NCBI GenBank assembly: GCA_964016885.1
Contig: OZ024741.1
Coordinates: 267,220,001-267,284,000 of the forward strand
DNA length: 64,000 nucleotides
Direction of reading: 5' to 3'
From: Eledone cirrhosa
Taxonomy: Eukaryota
The position numbers and the translations under genes are program-made. This document shows, piece by piece, positions 14,082-27,884 of the stretch (within the stretch, counting starts at the first letter, position 1; each line of letters starts with the position of its first letter). A model generated the notes under the pieces. That model had not been told where the DNA came from and ran no database searches. It saw nothing but the letters and a program-made list of their open reading frames with translations.

Positions 14082-15110
14082 TATGTTCTCACATAAAATG
14101 TTGATGGAAAATTTTTAGATATACATAAACAATTTAATCCTGTTGATACCAACCTGTCCAAATACACCACTGGTCTTATGAAATAAAGCTACCCATTTTA
14201 AAGGGCTTCTATTTCAATTTAAATCTTCTTGTATAATTTGATTTATAAACACTTTGTTAAGCTATGTTACTAATACAATCTTAATAATGAAATGATTAAT
14301 AATTTTAGTAAGTCCCTCAAAATTCTTCATTCATTATTTGAAATATAGTTTCTTTTATTAAAAATATGGCCATGAAAGCATTAAAACCAACAGTTTTGTA
14401 TTGTAGCTAGAGTGGCAGTTTCAGGTTTTGTTAGTATGAAAAAGATTCATTCACACAAGACATTTAGTTTAGCATTCTATCATTTCTACCTCTCTACTAT
14501 CCCATGTATTGTCTGTTGCAAGCATTCATACACATATTGTTGTCAGTGTCATTTAGAGTCGGGTCATCTGACTGAGCGCCAGACCTATAGTCAAAGGTAT
14601 TCTTGTCATTTAGATGCAGGTCAGCCATATGCATAAGCATATTACTCCTATCAATTTTGGAGGTGCAGACTGTTATAATTTTCCGACAAAAACGACTAAT
14701 TTTAGAGAGTATATTGGATGCATTTTTTGTGGACACAAGCACAACCACTTAGCAGACTTGACGAGGTATATTCCATGAAGGCAGAAACACTAACAATTTT
14801 TAGGGTGTACTATGTATATATAAACACATACATAAATATATTGACAGTGCTAGAAAGAGAAAAAGAAATCGACAAGAGAGAGATAATGTGATATATGATA
14901 TTGATAATACAAAAAAAATACAAACTTATTTTGAAACTTCAAATTTACTGCCTTTTTTTTAAAAAAACGCAATTTCAAAATAATGAAAATAAAGTAGAAT
15001 ACGAATATGTCATTTTTATGTGTTCTTTGTATAAAATAAGAAATGTGCTATGTTAGAGACAGGTATATAAGATCAAGGGTCATTTTTATGCACAACAATC
15101 ATTATTATGA

Positions 15111-15291
15111 CGGCAGTATCGGTAGAGGGTCGGACGCCATGCTTTCCAGCATAGTTACGTCCCTTTACGATCTGAGTTCAAATCCCGCCGAGGTTGACTT
15201 TGCCTTTCATCCTTACGGGGTCGATAAAATAAAGTACCAGTAATGCACTGGGTAATTGCTGGCCTTGTGCCTAAAGTAGAAACAATTATTA
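15111..15291 (+). mobile_element. tRNA-derived SINE with Meta-like core
   Basis: B box GAGTTCAAATCCC, core GCCTTTCATCCTTACGGGGTCGATAAAATAAAGTACCAG and an (ATT)n tail. Other copies at about 1140-1265, 5570-5750, 11433-11552, 19170-19360, 19985-20172 and 20241-20432. Confidence 0.75.
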
Positions 15292-15414
15292 TGACATCTT
15301 AAATTCATTATTCTATTGTATATATTATGTTTCGTGTAATTAAAATAAACGAGCAAAGTATATAATACTTTTTGAAAATTTAAGAATTTTCCTACAACAA
15401 TTTTTTGGGGGGTG

Positions 15415-15960
15415 CAGGTCAACCATCTGACTGAGCAGTCGGTTCAAGGGTGTTCCTATCATTTAGAGTCAGGTCAACTATCTGACTGAGCACCAGATCT
15501 ATGGTCAAGGCTGTTCCTGTCATTTAACGTCTGGTCAACCATCTTACTGAGCAGTAGGTCTATGTTCAAGGGTGTTCCTGTCATTTAGAATCAAGTCAAC
15601 TATCTGACTGAGCATCATATCTATGGTTAGGGGTATTCCAACCATCATTGTCCCATTTTTCTTTTTATATTGTGAACTACATTCTAGTCTTCTATTATAT
15701 ACTGGTTTCAGTCATTGGACTATACCCATGCTGGAACACCACCATGATTTAATTCATCACATTGACCTCAATACCATCTAAAGTACATTGGCAACCCCCT
15801 CCATCCTGGCCTCAATCTGAAATATATTGGCAGCACCTCTCCACTCTGGCCATGATCTGAAGTACACTAGAAGCCCCCCTCCACTCTGGTTACCATCTAA
15901 AGTACATTGGCAACCTCCTCCACCCTGGCCACGATCTGAAATATATTGGCAGCACCTTCC
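15415..15960. repeat. Two degenerate ~60-bp minisatellites
   Basis: GGTCAACyATCTGACTGAGCA occurs 4 times (15417-15630) and ATCTrAArTAyAyTGGCArC recurs (15775-15960). Confidence 0.6.
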
Positions 15961-16813
15961 ACCCACATAATAATAACAGCAGGATGTTTTTAAACTCCTC
16001 ATATCAAACATCTTTGCCATCTGTTTGACATTAATTTGAAATAACCATTATCTGGCTGTGGCATGAACATGAAACTCTGGTTTGTATTTGGCAGTGCTGA
16101 TGAGATAGAAACACAGAACTTTTTAATATTTCATTAAATAATGAAACTATTATTAGTAAGGATGTAGGGATGCATGTATGGTATAGTGGGGAGAAGAGGG
16201 GGTTCTTTGTGTGTGTGTCTGTTGAGTATGGATATCTGTTTCTATATAACAATTACACACACATACACATGCACACATATATACACTCATTAATGTTCTT
16301 CCCAATTAAGGTAGGATTTATAACTATTTTAGAACTCAGTGTAGTTTCTGAGGATAGACTGCAAAATGTGTGTGATTTTTTGAGGCTAATGGTATGGAGC
16401 TACTTTGGAGTGTGTGTGCGTGAGAGAGAGAGAGAGAAAATGATAGACCATGAGCAAGATGGTAGAATAACATCCATGAGCTTGGTTGATCTTGCTTGGG
16501 AATCTAGTTGGATCATTTGATGACAGTTACTTTTGATAGGAGCCCCTGGATGACATGTCTGAGGACGCTGCCTCCACAACCCTGCCTAGAACAAGTGGAT
16601 GAAAAAGAACAAGAAGACACCTAAAAACAGAAACAAATGATAATGTTTAACATTCTCATATTCAAGAGATATGGAATTTTTTTTTTCCGTAGTGGTTACT
16701 GGTCACATTTTTCCATCTCTGGGGGGTATTTAACTTGATTTTCTAAACTAATATTTATAGTGATAGACTGTTTTACAGTGGGGGTGGGGTAGGGGGCATA
16801 TTGACTATATGCT

Positions 16814-17228
16814 TCAGCTTCGGCTTGTACCCGTGGGGAGTCGGGTCTTCTGTATTACTGAGTGACGCCAGAGGTCACGGTCCTGTGTCATTCCCTTTGA
16901 GAGGTGCAATTGGGTAAGGTCGGCTTTTATCACCTCATCCCAGGTCTTCTTGGGTCTCCCCACTCCATGGCTTCCATCGACTTCTAGTGCTCTGCACCTT
17001 TTTATGCAGCTGTCATCCTTCATACGCATCACATGTCCATACCAATGCAGCCTCCTCTCCTGCACACAGCATTTGATTCCTCTTATGCTCAGTCTCTCTC
17101 TAAATTCGTTTATGCTTTACCGTTTGCGTATATTACTATTACACATCCATCGGAGCATGCAAGCTTCGTTTCTTTCTAATCTACACAAGTCTTCTACACA
17201 CAACTTCCAGATCTCACTAACATGTAAC
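16814..17228 (-). mobile_element. RTE-clade LINE 3' fragment (family C)
   Basis: [12 protein letters not shown]...GRPKKTW C-terminus. A similar copy lies at 35560-35832. Confidence 0.8.
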
Positions 17229-18714
17229 ACTTTAATAATTCATAAGATTTGTTTAGTTTTGGCTCTAGTCACTAGCTGTTTAGTGTAGCCCCTTAATTTA
17301 GATTGAATGGGTCGTCAGTTGCCCCTAGCATAATGTTTAATGCCCTTGCACGTTAGTCGAAAGATACAGACTTCTGTATCTCTCTGTAGTAGCTACTGGC
17401 CCCTTTTGTGTTTTTCTAGGGGTATTTTATTTGATTTCCTTTCTAAGCTATTATTAATAGGGATTTACGTAGGTTACAGTTATTTTCTGCATTTGGTATT
17501 CCCACATTTTCAAATTTCAAATCACCCCCGGCTTCGATAATTAATAAAGTTTATAAACATACATATATAATATATATATAAATAATATATATATATTTAT
17601 AATATATTCATTAAAAAAAATGTGTGTGTAGGTAGGTGCTTCTGAATCTTGATGATGCATTTATCTACCTACCTACATAATTCCCCACCTACCACCTACC
17701 CATGTTCTTACCTACTCAACCACCAACTCACTCTTGTCTCTCTGTGTCTTATCTCTTTCTTTTTTTCCCTCATCTCCCCCCCCCCCCCCTCTCTCTCTCT
17801 CTCTGTATGTATATATATATATATATATATGTGTAATTTTTATATCATTATCTTTTACATTGTGTATTCTTCTTCTGCACATCTGTTACTGGTGCCATGA
17901 TGGAGTTCCTTCTCCAGCTCACCCTGTCTGGCATTGCCATGTGAAGATGTTTTGCCACCAATCCGGTGACATCTTCAAGAATATCCTTCAGTGTATTATG
18001 GAGAAGATAACTCCCATAATACTGGGCCCTCATGCAACAGATAGAGAAACTTCCATAAGATATGAAGGTTAGCTGCAAATATATTGAATAATCCTTGGAC
18101 CAAATCCCAAGTTGTCATATGGCAAGGCATAGTACCTGGCAGCCATCCCTGCAGGGATATGTAAGAATGATGATTGTGCTGAGAAGTGAGCACCGATAAA
18201 CAGTTGTCTCAGTTTTCAGTGATGTTCACCTAGCAGAGGAACCAATCATCAGGTCAATGGTAGGGGAGCTTTACCTCCATCAGTGTGGCATGGCAGCTGT
18301 GACAGTCCTGGCAAGTCATCACAGTATTTTTGCTAATAGAAAACATGATTGACATGTGCATTATTTTTCTGTGTCTGTCGGGCCATTGGTCAGTCTGTCT
18401 GTCTGATGGTTTGTCTCTCTGTCTGTGTAGAGAGGTAAAATGAGTGAGGTTAGAGTTGACAATATAGTGACGAATTTAGTGTGCAGGTGGGTGTCCCAGT
18501 CTCCATTTCATACAGCAAAAACTGGTGATGGACCTGCAACCTGTTCTGGGAGGAGTGGGATGGTCACACAAAGATTGCGTATCCCAAGACCCTAAAGTGA
18601 GGGATCCAGCCGGATCAGTTGGAGATGATTGCTTCTAACAGGACCACTGGAAGGAGTGTTTGAAGACTCTGCCCCCTCAACCCTTGCAGGAATAAGTGGG
18701 CGAAGAAGAAAAGG

Positions 18715-19000
18715 TGTGTGTCCACCAGGACTCTGTCCTCTGTCACCTCCTGTTTATTTTTGTCCTTCAGGCCATAACAGAAGAGTTTAAGACTGACTGT
18801 CCATGGGAACTCATATATGCCAATGATCTAGTTCTCATAGCTGAAACTGGCAGAATTAGAGAAATAATTCCAGACATGGAAGCCAAACCTGGAATCAAAA
18901 GACCTCAAAGTCAACCTAGCAAAGACCAAAGTCTTAGTAAGTAAAAAAGAAAACAGGGCTCAGATTTCCTCAGGGAAATAGCCTTGCTCAGTATGCAGGT
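18715..19000 (+). mobile_element. Degenerate RTE RT fragment
   Basis: [37 protein letters not shown] parallels the RTE RT at 30040-30160. Confidence 0.7.
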
Positions 19001-21102
19001 AGAAATTTCAGTTTGGCCCTTTACGTTCTCAGTTCAAATCCTGCTGAGGTTAGCTTTGCCTGTCATCTTTTTAGGATCTACAAATAAAGCACCAGTCAAT
19101 TTAATTGACTTTCTCTTCCCCCAAATTGCTGGCCTTGTGCCTAAATCAGAAACCATTATTATTTATAATAATAATTGTTTCCACTTTTGGCACAAGGCCA
19201 TCAATTACCCAGTACATTACTGGTACTTTATTTTATCGACCCCGTCAGGATGAAAGGCAAAGTTAACCTCGGCGGGATTTGAACACAGACCGCAAAGGGA
19301 CGTAACTATGCTGGAAAGCATGGTGTCCGACCCTCTACCGATACTGCCAATCCACCGCCCTGGATAATAATAATGAAAATTATTGTGTACAGTGCTCAGA
19401 TGCACAACAACTCATCAAAGGTGCATGTATAGTACATAGAATAATGTACAAATGTCAGAAAAGTGAACAGTGTATGAGTCATGGTATACACACACATGTG
19501 TGCGCGTGTATGGTGGGGTAATATCAGGTGTAGTGATGGGATGTTTTGAAGGATTACAATTATTGTTAAACCTATTGTTTCTTCATTGTTAATAACCCCT
19601 TTCTTAATGTAAACCCTCCTCAATTGCTATCTTGGTTGATATTTCCCCCCTGAGAAACAAGTGCTCCATATTTGAGAATAATTCTGAGCTAGAAACATTG
19701 TCACAAAATACATCAAAGGGGATTGTAGTAGGAGACTTGTTGCTGATGTGATTGTTGTTCACGAATATGCTTTTGGGCAGACCCATGGGGTGAAGAAATC
19801 CACTATGCCTTTCTGTGATTTTGGGTTGAATCATACTGCACAGCTGACAGAGGAAGGTATTTTTACCATAGCCTCATTTTCACCCGAGGAAGCCTCTTGG
19901 ATTACCTTGTTGTTTTCTCCTCATGAGGGTAATGATTGGAGAGAAAAAACCTCAGACATTAAAATAATGAACATATTGATAACAATAATTGTTTCTACTT
20001 TTGGCACAAGGCCAGCAATTACCCCAGTGCATTACTGGTACTTTATTTTATTGACCCCGTAAGGATGAAAGGCAAAGCTAACCTTGGCGGCATTTGAACT
20101 CAGATCATAAAGGGCCGTAACTCTATGCCGCAAAGCATGACGTCTGACCCCTACCGATACTGCCAATCCACTGCTCCTAATATTGTTACTACTGATAATG
20201 ATGGTAGTGATGATGATAACATAATATATCTAGACATTAAGGGCGGTGGATTGGCAGTATTCGTAGAGGGTCGGACGCCATGCTTTGACGCATGGAGTTA
20301 CGGCCCTTGCCATTCTGAGTTTAAATCCCGCCGAGGTTAACTTTGCCTTTCATCCTTACGGGGTCGATAAAATAAAGTACCAGTAATACACTGGGTAATT
20401 GCTGGCCTTGTGCCAAAAGTAGAAACAATTATTATACTGATGTTCATGGTGATGATGATGATGATGGCAATGGTGGCTACGGCGACAGTGGTGGTGGCAT
20501 TGTATTGTTGTTGGTGGTTGTGGTGGTGGTGTTGGTAATGGTGGTGGTGTTGTTGGTAAGTGGTAGTGGTGTTGTTGGAAATGGTGGTGGTGGTGTTGTT
20601 GATGTTAGTGTTGTTGGTGTTGGTAAGTGTTAGTGGTGTTGTTGTTGGTGGTGGTGGTGTTGGAGGTGGTGGTGTATTTGGTGGTGGTAGTAGTGGTTGT
20701 AGTTGTCGCAGTGGTGGTGGTGTTGTTGTTGTTGCTGGTGGTGGCGGCGGCGGCGGTGGTGGTGGTGGTGGTGGTGGTGGTTTTGACCATTCCATAAATG
20801 TGGGAAGAAGGAATATAAAACAGCCTATAATTCTAGCAAAATGGACAACAGTTCAGCTAGGGTGAGTGGGGTGTTCTTTTTCAGAGGAAATAACAGAAAT
20901 TCTGTAGCAGAATTTAAAGTATTTGGGTAAAAATAATACTACTGCTTCCATCACCACCACCAACAACATTGTACATTGAGTTAAGAGGTGCCTACTGACT
21001 GTAGGTTTGTATGCAATGGTAGTCAGGTCTTCTGTACAACTGTATGGCACCAAAGGTCTCGATCCAGTGCCATTGTCTTAGAGAGGTGTATATATATATA
21101 TA

Positions 21103-21343
21103 TACAAGGGTCGGCTGAAAAGTTCATAGTCTATAGATATATATATAAGGGTCAGTTGAAAGGTTTATAGGCTGACTATGAAGGATTGATGCTAGGGCTG
21201 TGAAATCTTGCATGCATTAATTTTAACCCCTCTTATTAATAACCACATTGTTTCTGTCAAGGGACTATGTTGGAAAATAAAGCTCATTTGGTAATTCTAT
21301 GAGAGTATCTTGTTCAGCCTTTGAACTTTTCAGCTGGCCCTCA
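21103..21343. mobile_element. Mariner-like MITE plus an extra solo TIR in a TA tract
   Basis: TIRs AGGGTCAGTTGAAAGGTTTATAGGCTGA / TCAGCCTTTGAACTTTTCAGCTGGCCCT in TA context; a third TIR at about 21103-21130. Confidence 0.65.
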
Positions 21344-21575
21344 TATATATATCTAAAGGAACGATTGACTTTCGTCAAATCGGACCGAGGGAACAATGTT
21401 TCCGTTGGTCTTTCCAATTGCTAATACTATCTATCGGTCGCAACTCCAGGTAGAAGGAGCAACGTGAAATAAAGTGTCTTGCCCAAGGACATAACGCATT
21501 GCCTGGTCCAGGAATCGAACTCACAACCTTACGATTGCGAATCCAATTCTCTAACCCCTCAGCCACATGCCTTCA

Positions 21576-21628
<53 letters not shown>

Positions 21629-22449
21629 ACCAATATTGTCGTGGTTGTTGTTTTTACCCGACATACACTCCCACCCCGTCTGTGACAGCTCTCACCACCA
21701 CATCATTAAGCCCCACCCAATACGCCCCCCCCCCTACACTGTTGAGATTACTTGTAAACAAAATATCTTCTCTCTCTTCATATATATATATAGTGTAGGT
21801 GAATCAGTGAATTACTGGTGGTGGTACTAAAAACAAGTACTCTATGCACAGGTATATATATATGCATGTACATACATATATGTATGTACGTATACATACT
21901 TACTTACACTTAAGTATCAGCCGTACTAAGTGTGAGAAATGAAATTTCGTTTCATTCTTTTCCATTTATCGTTTTCGGTACGCCCGGCCGACTAACTCAC
22001 TCGATATGCAAATTAGGCTGCTCAGCCGTTAATATGCATAAGGAAAGTATATACTTTCAGACGTTCAATCATCTGACAGGAAGGTATACGATGCTGACGA
22101 TAGCTAATAAGCTTGAAACTAGTACATCGTTCCTGTGTCAGTGTTGAACAAAAAGGTGACGATGGTTGCCTGAACACTGTACGGCGTAATTCGGGCTGTT
22201 TGTTTACAAACAAACCGAACACTATAATAAATGTTCGGTAAACCCATACGTACATATATATATGTGTGCATGTATGTATATATATACATACTACTGTACG
22301 TATATATACATATATGTATGTACGTATACATACATACTTACACTTAAGTATCAGACGTACTAAGAGTGAGAAATGAAATTTCGTTTCATTCTTTTCTATA
22401 TATATATATATATATATAGAAGTGGTTACACAACAGTTAGTTCACCATA

Positions 22450-22489
22450 CCGAGAACAATTGTTTCACCTTCGCGGATCTTCAGCTCGG
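22450..22489 (-). ncRNA. Minimal type I hammerhead ribozyme
   Basis: CCGAG-CTGAAGA-tCCgcgaaGGt-GAA-ACAATTGT-T|CTCGG: 5-bp stem I, full core and palindromic stem III. Confidence 0.8.
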
Positions 22490-22860
22490 GAAATATATAC
22501 ATATATATATACCTGTGCATAGAGTACTTGTTTTTGGTACCACCACCAGTAATTCACTTTATATATATATATATAAAGGAAATCAAACGTCCCAGAGATG
22601 GTAATGTTTTGATTTAAATCTACACAACTGATGAGCAGATCGATACTGAAGTCAGGTTTTTTATTATATCAATGAGTTCAATCTAAAATAAAACATTTTT
22701 AAGTGAAACTTCCTTATCTCACACACATACACACACATACCACACACACACACCACATGTCTATCATAGAGAAGTGACTTCTATAGGACTAGAAAACTAT
22801 TCTGTATATGTATATATTGTCATCATTTAATGTCCATTTTTTTCCTGTTGGTAAGGGTTG

Positions 22861-22916
<56 letters not shown>

Positions 22917-22961
22917 CGTAAAATAAGAAAATTATAAAATTAACTTACTTACTAAAAAATC

Positions 22962-23044
22962 ACTTCCAACTAATTAGTTTCTGGAATGGAGTAAATATAT
23001 TTTCCGAAGAAACATATAGAAAATCATTCCGTCATCAGGAAAGT
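22962..23044 (-). ncRNA. Type I hammerhead ribozyme, 50-nt stem II (copy 1)
   Basis: ACTTTC-CTGATGA-cGGAATG...CATTCCa-GAA-ACTAATTAGT-T|GGAAGT. Confidence 0.82.
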
Positions 23045-23496
23045 CTTTTTCCGTGTAAGTCTCCAGGCATAGCGAGGACTCTGGAAACTTATTAAAAAAA
23101 AAAAAAAAAATAATTCAGTGGAAAGGAAATAGCGAAGCGTGGACTGGATTCCTAGCCATTGAGAAAATCACTGCCTCTACGTCCGTGGCAAATTCAAAAA
23201 GAATCAATCACGTGACATCGAGGTCAATCAGTGGAAAGCGAGTGGTTAATAAGACAGTGGCCAGCCTACTACCATAGTAGCAGTCATGGCCAAATATTGC
23301 TCGACAAATGAATTGGAGATAATTATAAGGAATTTATATCTAGTAACATCTATATACACACAGATGCATATCAATGCTAGCAAATATATAGGTTTTGTCT
23401 TATTAACATTGTGGTTCAATGCATGGGGTTGCAGAACAATAATATGAGAGACGTAAAATAAGAAAATTATAAAATTAACTTACTTACTAAAAAATC

Positions 23497-23579
23497 ACTT
23501 CCAACTAATTAGTTTCTGGAATGGAGTAAATATATTTTCCGAAGAAACATATAGAAAATCATTCCGTCATCAGGAAAGT
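23497..23579 (-). ncRNA. Type I hammerhead ribozyme, 50-nt stem II (copy 2)
   Basis: Same sequence as 22962-23044, 535 nt away. Confidence 0.82.
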
Positions 23580-23771
23580 CTTTTTCCGTGTAAGTCTCCA
23601 GGCATATCTGGAAACTTATTAAAAAAAAAATAATTCAGTGGAAAGGAAATAGCGAAGCGTGGACTGGATTCCTAGCCATTGAGAAAATCACTGCCTCTAC
23701 GTCCGTGGCAAATTCAAAAAGAATCAATCACGTGACATCTGTGTGTATATAGATATTACTAGATATAAATT

Positions 23772-23832
<61 letters not shown>

Positions 23833-24126
23833 CATATACATAAACACATGAACATATAGCTTAGTTCATTAATAACAAGATTTACATACAATAATATCTT
23901 TATTTAGTGATGGTTATTTTTGAAATAGTCACCTACTTTGTAATGAAATGAATGAGGCTGCAGTCACATAAATACACAGTACCCTCACACACACATGCAA
24001 CACATTACAGTAACAGTGAATTAGTTTAATGCACACACACACTCACATGCATATATACTCACAAACACATACACACTCACACACACATATACAGTCATAA
24101 TCACACACATTCACACGTACACACTT

Positions 24127-24161
<35 letters not shown>

Positions 24162-24489
24162 CATACAACCACCCACACACAGAAAATATACTGTGTCATA
24201 GGATACAACCTAATAACATTTACAACCAGCTTGTTATTTTATTCATCACTCCCTGCCACTATATTTGTCAGCCAGCAAAATACAAAAGACTGTTTGGGAT
24301 TCTTGGCTCTGCTTCATATCATAAGTGTGTTGTTTCGTAATGTAATTAATATAATGTAATAAAATATAAAATGTTCTATAATGTTAGGTAACCTAAACAC
24401 AAGGCAGAAACCTAGTCAGAAGGATTTAGTTTGATCAACAGTTTTATTATATATTACTGTTAAAAGACATTGTTTATTATTTTTCAAAT

Positions 24490-26450
24490 AACTACACCAC
24501 ATCACACTACATCACACCTCATCACACTACACCACACCACATCACACTCCCTCCACTACAACACACTCCACTATATTACACCAGACTACACTACACCACA
24601 GCACACCACACCACACCACACCACACCACACTACATCACTTCACACTTCACCACATCACACTACACTACACCACATTACACTACACCACATCACACTTCA
24701 CTACACCACACCACATCACACTACACCACATTACATGATACTAAACTACACCACATCACACAACTCCACACGACATCATACTACACCACACTACATCACA
24801 TTCCACTCCGCTATACTACATTACATTACACCACACTCCACTACATTACACCAGACTATATTAAATTATACTACACTAAACTACATTACAACACACTACA
24901 CTCACTACATTACACCACACTGCATTACATTTCACCACACCACATCACATCACACTACACCACACCACATCATACTACACCACACCACATCATACTACAC
25001 CACACTACACTACATTACATTTCACCACACTACACTATATCACATCACAACACCTCACACTACACTACACCATACCACACTTCACTACTACACACACCAA
25101 TACACTACACAACACTACACTACACCACATCACACCACACTCTAATACATTACACCACACTACATTACACTACAGCACACTACACTACACTATTTTACAC
25201 TACACTACACCACTCTATACCACATTATGCTACACCATATCACACCACATTACACCACACCATACTATACCACACCAACCCACACCACACTACACTATAC
25301 CATACTACATCACACCACACTGCACCACGCTACACTACACCACACCATACAACATCACATCACACTTCACTACACATCATGACACCACACTACCTACAGC
25401 ACACTACACCAAGCCATACCACATTACACAATACTACACCAGATTATGCTACACTATATTACACCACACCACACTATACAACACACACCACACTACACCA
25501 CACACACACCACACTACACCACACATGACACCACATAATGCCACACATGACACCACACAACACCACACCACACAATATCACATATGACACCACACAACAC
25601 CACACCACACTACACTACATCATGACACCACACAACACCATACAACACTACACACCACACATAACACCACACCATGCCACACAACATCACACATTACACC
25701 ACACCACACCACACCACAATACAGCACCACACACCATAGCACAATACCACCACAGCACACACCACACCACATCTGTGCTACCCCACATTACACCACACAC
25801 CACACATGATACCACACCCTACACAACACGACATGACACCTTACATGTATCAATTTGCAAAAGTAGACATAAAAACAATGGTGGTAAGGATGGTGATGGT
25901 GATGGCGATGGTGGTTGTGATGGTGACAATGATGATGGCAATGATGGTGGTTGTGATGATAATGGCAATGGTGGTGGTTGTGATGATGGTGATAGTGGTT
26001 GTGATGATGATAATAGCAATAGTAGTGGTTGTGATGATAGTAATGATTGTGATGATGATGATAATTGTGGCGATGATAATGGTGGTGATGATGACAATGA
26101 TTGTGGTGATAATAATGATGATAATGATAATGATGATGAAGATGGTGGTGGTGGTGGTGGTGATGATGGTGGTGATGAAGATGATGGCGATGGTGGTGGT
26201 GATGGCAATGATGGTGGTGATGATGATGATTGTGGTGATGATGATGGTGATAATAGTGGTGATGGTGATGAGGGTGACCATGGTGATATTAAAGATGATG
26301 AAGACGGTGTTGGTAATAATAATAATAATAATAATGGTGGTGATGATAATGATGATAGCGATAACGATGGTGATTGCGGCAATGATGGTAATGATGATGA
26401 TGAGGATTATGATGATGTTGAAAATAATAATGATGGTGATGATGATCATG
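24490..26450. repeat. Degenerate (CACAC/CACTA)n pentamer array followed by a (GAT/GGT)n array
   Basis: Direct inspection; lies immediately upstream of the exon at 26486. Confidence 0.95.
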
Positions 26451-26485
26451 TTATTATCTTTGGTTTTTATTTTGTTTCTTTCTAG

Positions 26486-26854
26486 GTGATTTATGCTTTA
26501 AATACTAAAAAGGATGAACATGAAACCATGTTATTGCACTTGAAAGACCAACATAGAGAAGATCTAGAGAAACTAGGGTGTCAGCTGAAAGTGAAGCTCC
26601 TTGCATACAAAGACAAATTGTTGGATGCTAGCAAACAGCATGGCAGAGGGCTTGAGCTGGAACAGCTGATTAGTTGCCAGCAGGAACAACAACAAAAGTT
26701 GACCAAGGACTTTGAGAACTACCAGATGGAAATGACAGAGAAACTACACCAAACTGAAATAAACTATCGGAAGAAACTGTGGGAATTCTCAGGAGAAATG
26801 CTTGAAGAGAAGAAGGGCTTTCAGGAGAAGTTAAAATCTTTAGAAAAATCTGAG
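26486..26854 (+). CDS. FAM184A: FAM184A/B-like coding exon 2 (123 aa)
   Basis: Polypyrimidine/TAG acceptor. Starts VIYALNTKKDEHE, continuing the FAM184 motif KIAQLTK-VIYALNTKNDEHE. GTATTT donor in phase 0. Confidence 0.9.
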
Positions 26855-27132
26855 GTATTTAAAAAAAAAAGAAGAAAAATATCTTATTTTTTTTGTGTAC
26901 CTTACCTCCACTTCTTCCCATCATAGTTAAAGTCTATCTCAAGCCCAGCGGTTTATCAGACCAGTATTTATCCTGGTTTCCTTGGCATTTACTGACTGAG
27001 AGTACAAGACTTCCCCCTAGACAGAGCACCAGTCCATCGCAAGGTTAACCCCCAGCTACTCACAGTATTAATTTTCAGTTGAGTATACAGGAACAATGTA
27101 AAATGAAGTGTTTTGCTTAAGAACACAATGTG

Positions 27133-27332
27133 NNNNNNNNNNNNNNNNNNNNNNNNNNNNNNNNNNNNNNNNNNNNNNNNNNNNNNNNNNNNNNNNNNNN
27201 NNNNNNNNNNNNNNNNNNNNNNNNNNNNNNNNNNNNNNNNNNNNNNNNNNNNNNNNNNNNNNNNNNNNNNNNNNNNNNNNNNNNNNNNNNNNNNNNNNNN
27301 NNNNNNNNNNNNNNNNNNNNNNNNNNNNNNNN
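27133..27332. other. Assembly gap (200 N)
   Basis: Run of N. Confidence 1.
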
Positions 27333-27884
27333 AATAGATAGGCAGTCACACAATAATATAAAATGAACTAAGAAAAATAATTCAAATGGTCACACACACA
27401 CACACAGACACCACACACACAGACACACACAGACACCACACACACACACATACACACACACATTAGATATTACAATAATGCAGTTCCTGGTCATGTTTTC
27501 ATTCCTTTGGATCTTAATTTCCTCCCCCACCACTATTAACAACTGTATCCATCATAATAATTTTAGTACACTTGTCGTGTGTAGGACTTCTGTCAGTTCC
27601 AATGGTGAGTGTTCCACTTGGTTTGATTAATGGAACAGCTTGCTTGAAAAATTAATGTGTAAATGGCTGAGCATTCCACATAAATGTGAACCCTGAATGT
27701 AATTCTCAGGAAGATTCAGCATGATAAGGCTAGCCCTTAGAAAAGCAGATATAACTTATTTTTGTCAGCTGAGTAGACTGTAGAAATGTAAAATGAAGTG
27801 TCTTGCTGAAAGACATAGTTTGATGCATGGTCTGGGAATTGAACTCATGATCTTACAGTTGTGAGATGATCATCATAACCACTC

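Larger units (their letters stand above)
22910..23777 (-). mobile_element. Non-coding TA-flanked element with ~1.5 tandem 535-nt units (PLE pseudo-LTR or retrozyme-like)
   Basis: 22910-23219 is repeated at 23446-23738. 23736-23777 is an inverted copy of 23325-23366. (TA)n lies on both sides. Confidence 0.75.

Noticed and set aside
24470-26489. His/Thr-rich and Asp/Gly-rich ORFs
   Set aside because: Simple-repeat translations inside an intron; the real exon starts at the acceptor at 26485.
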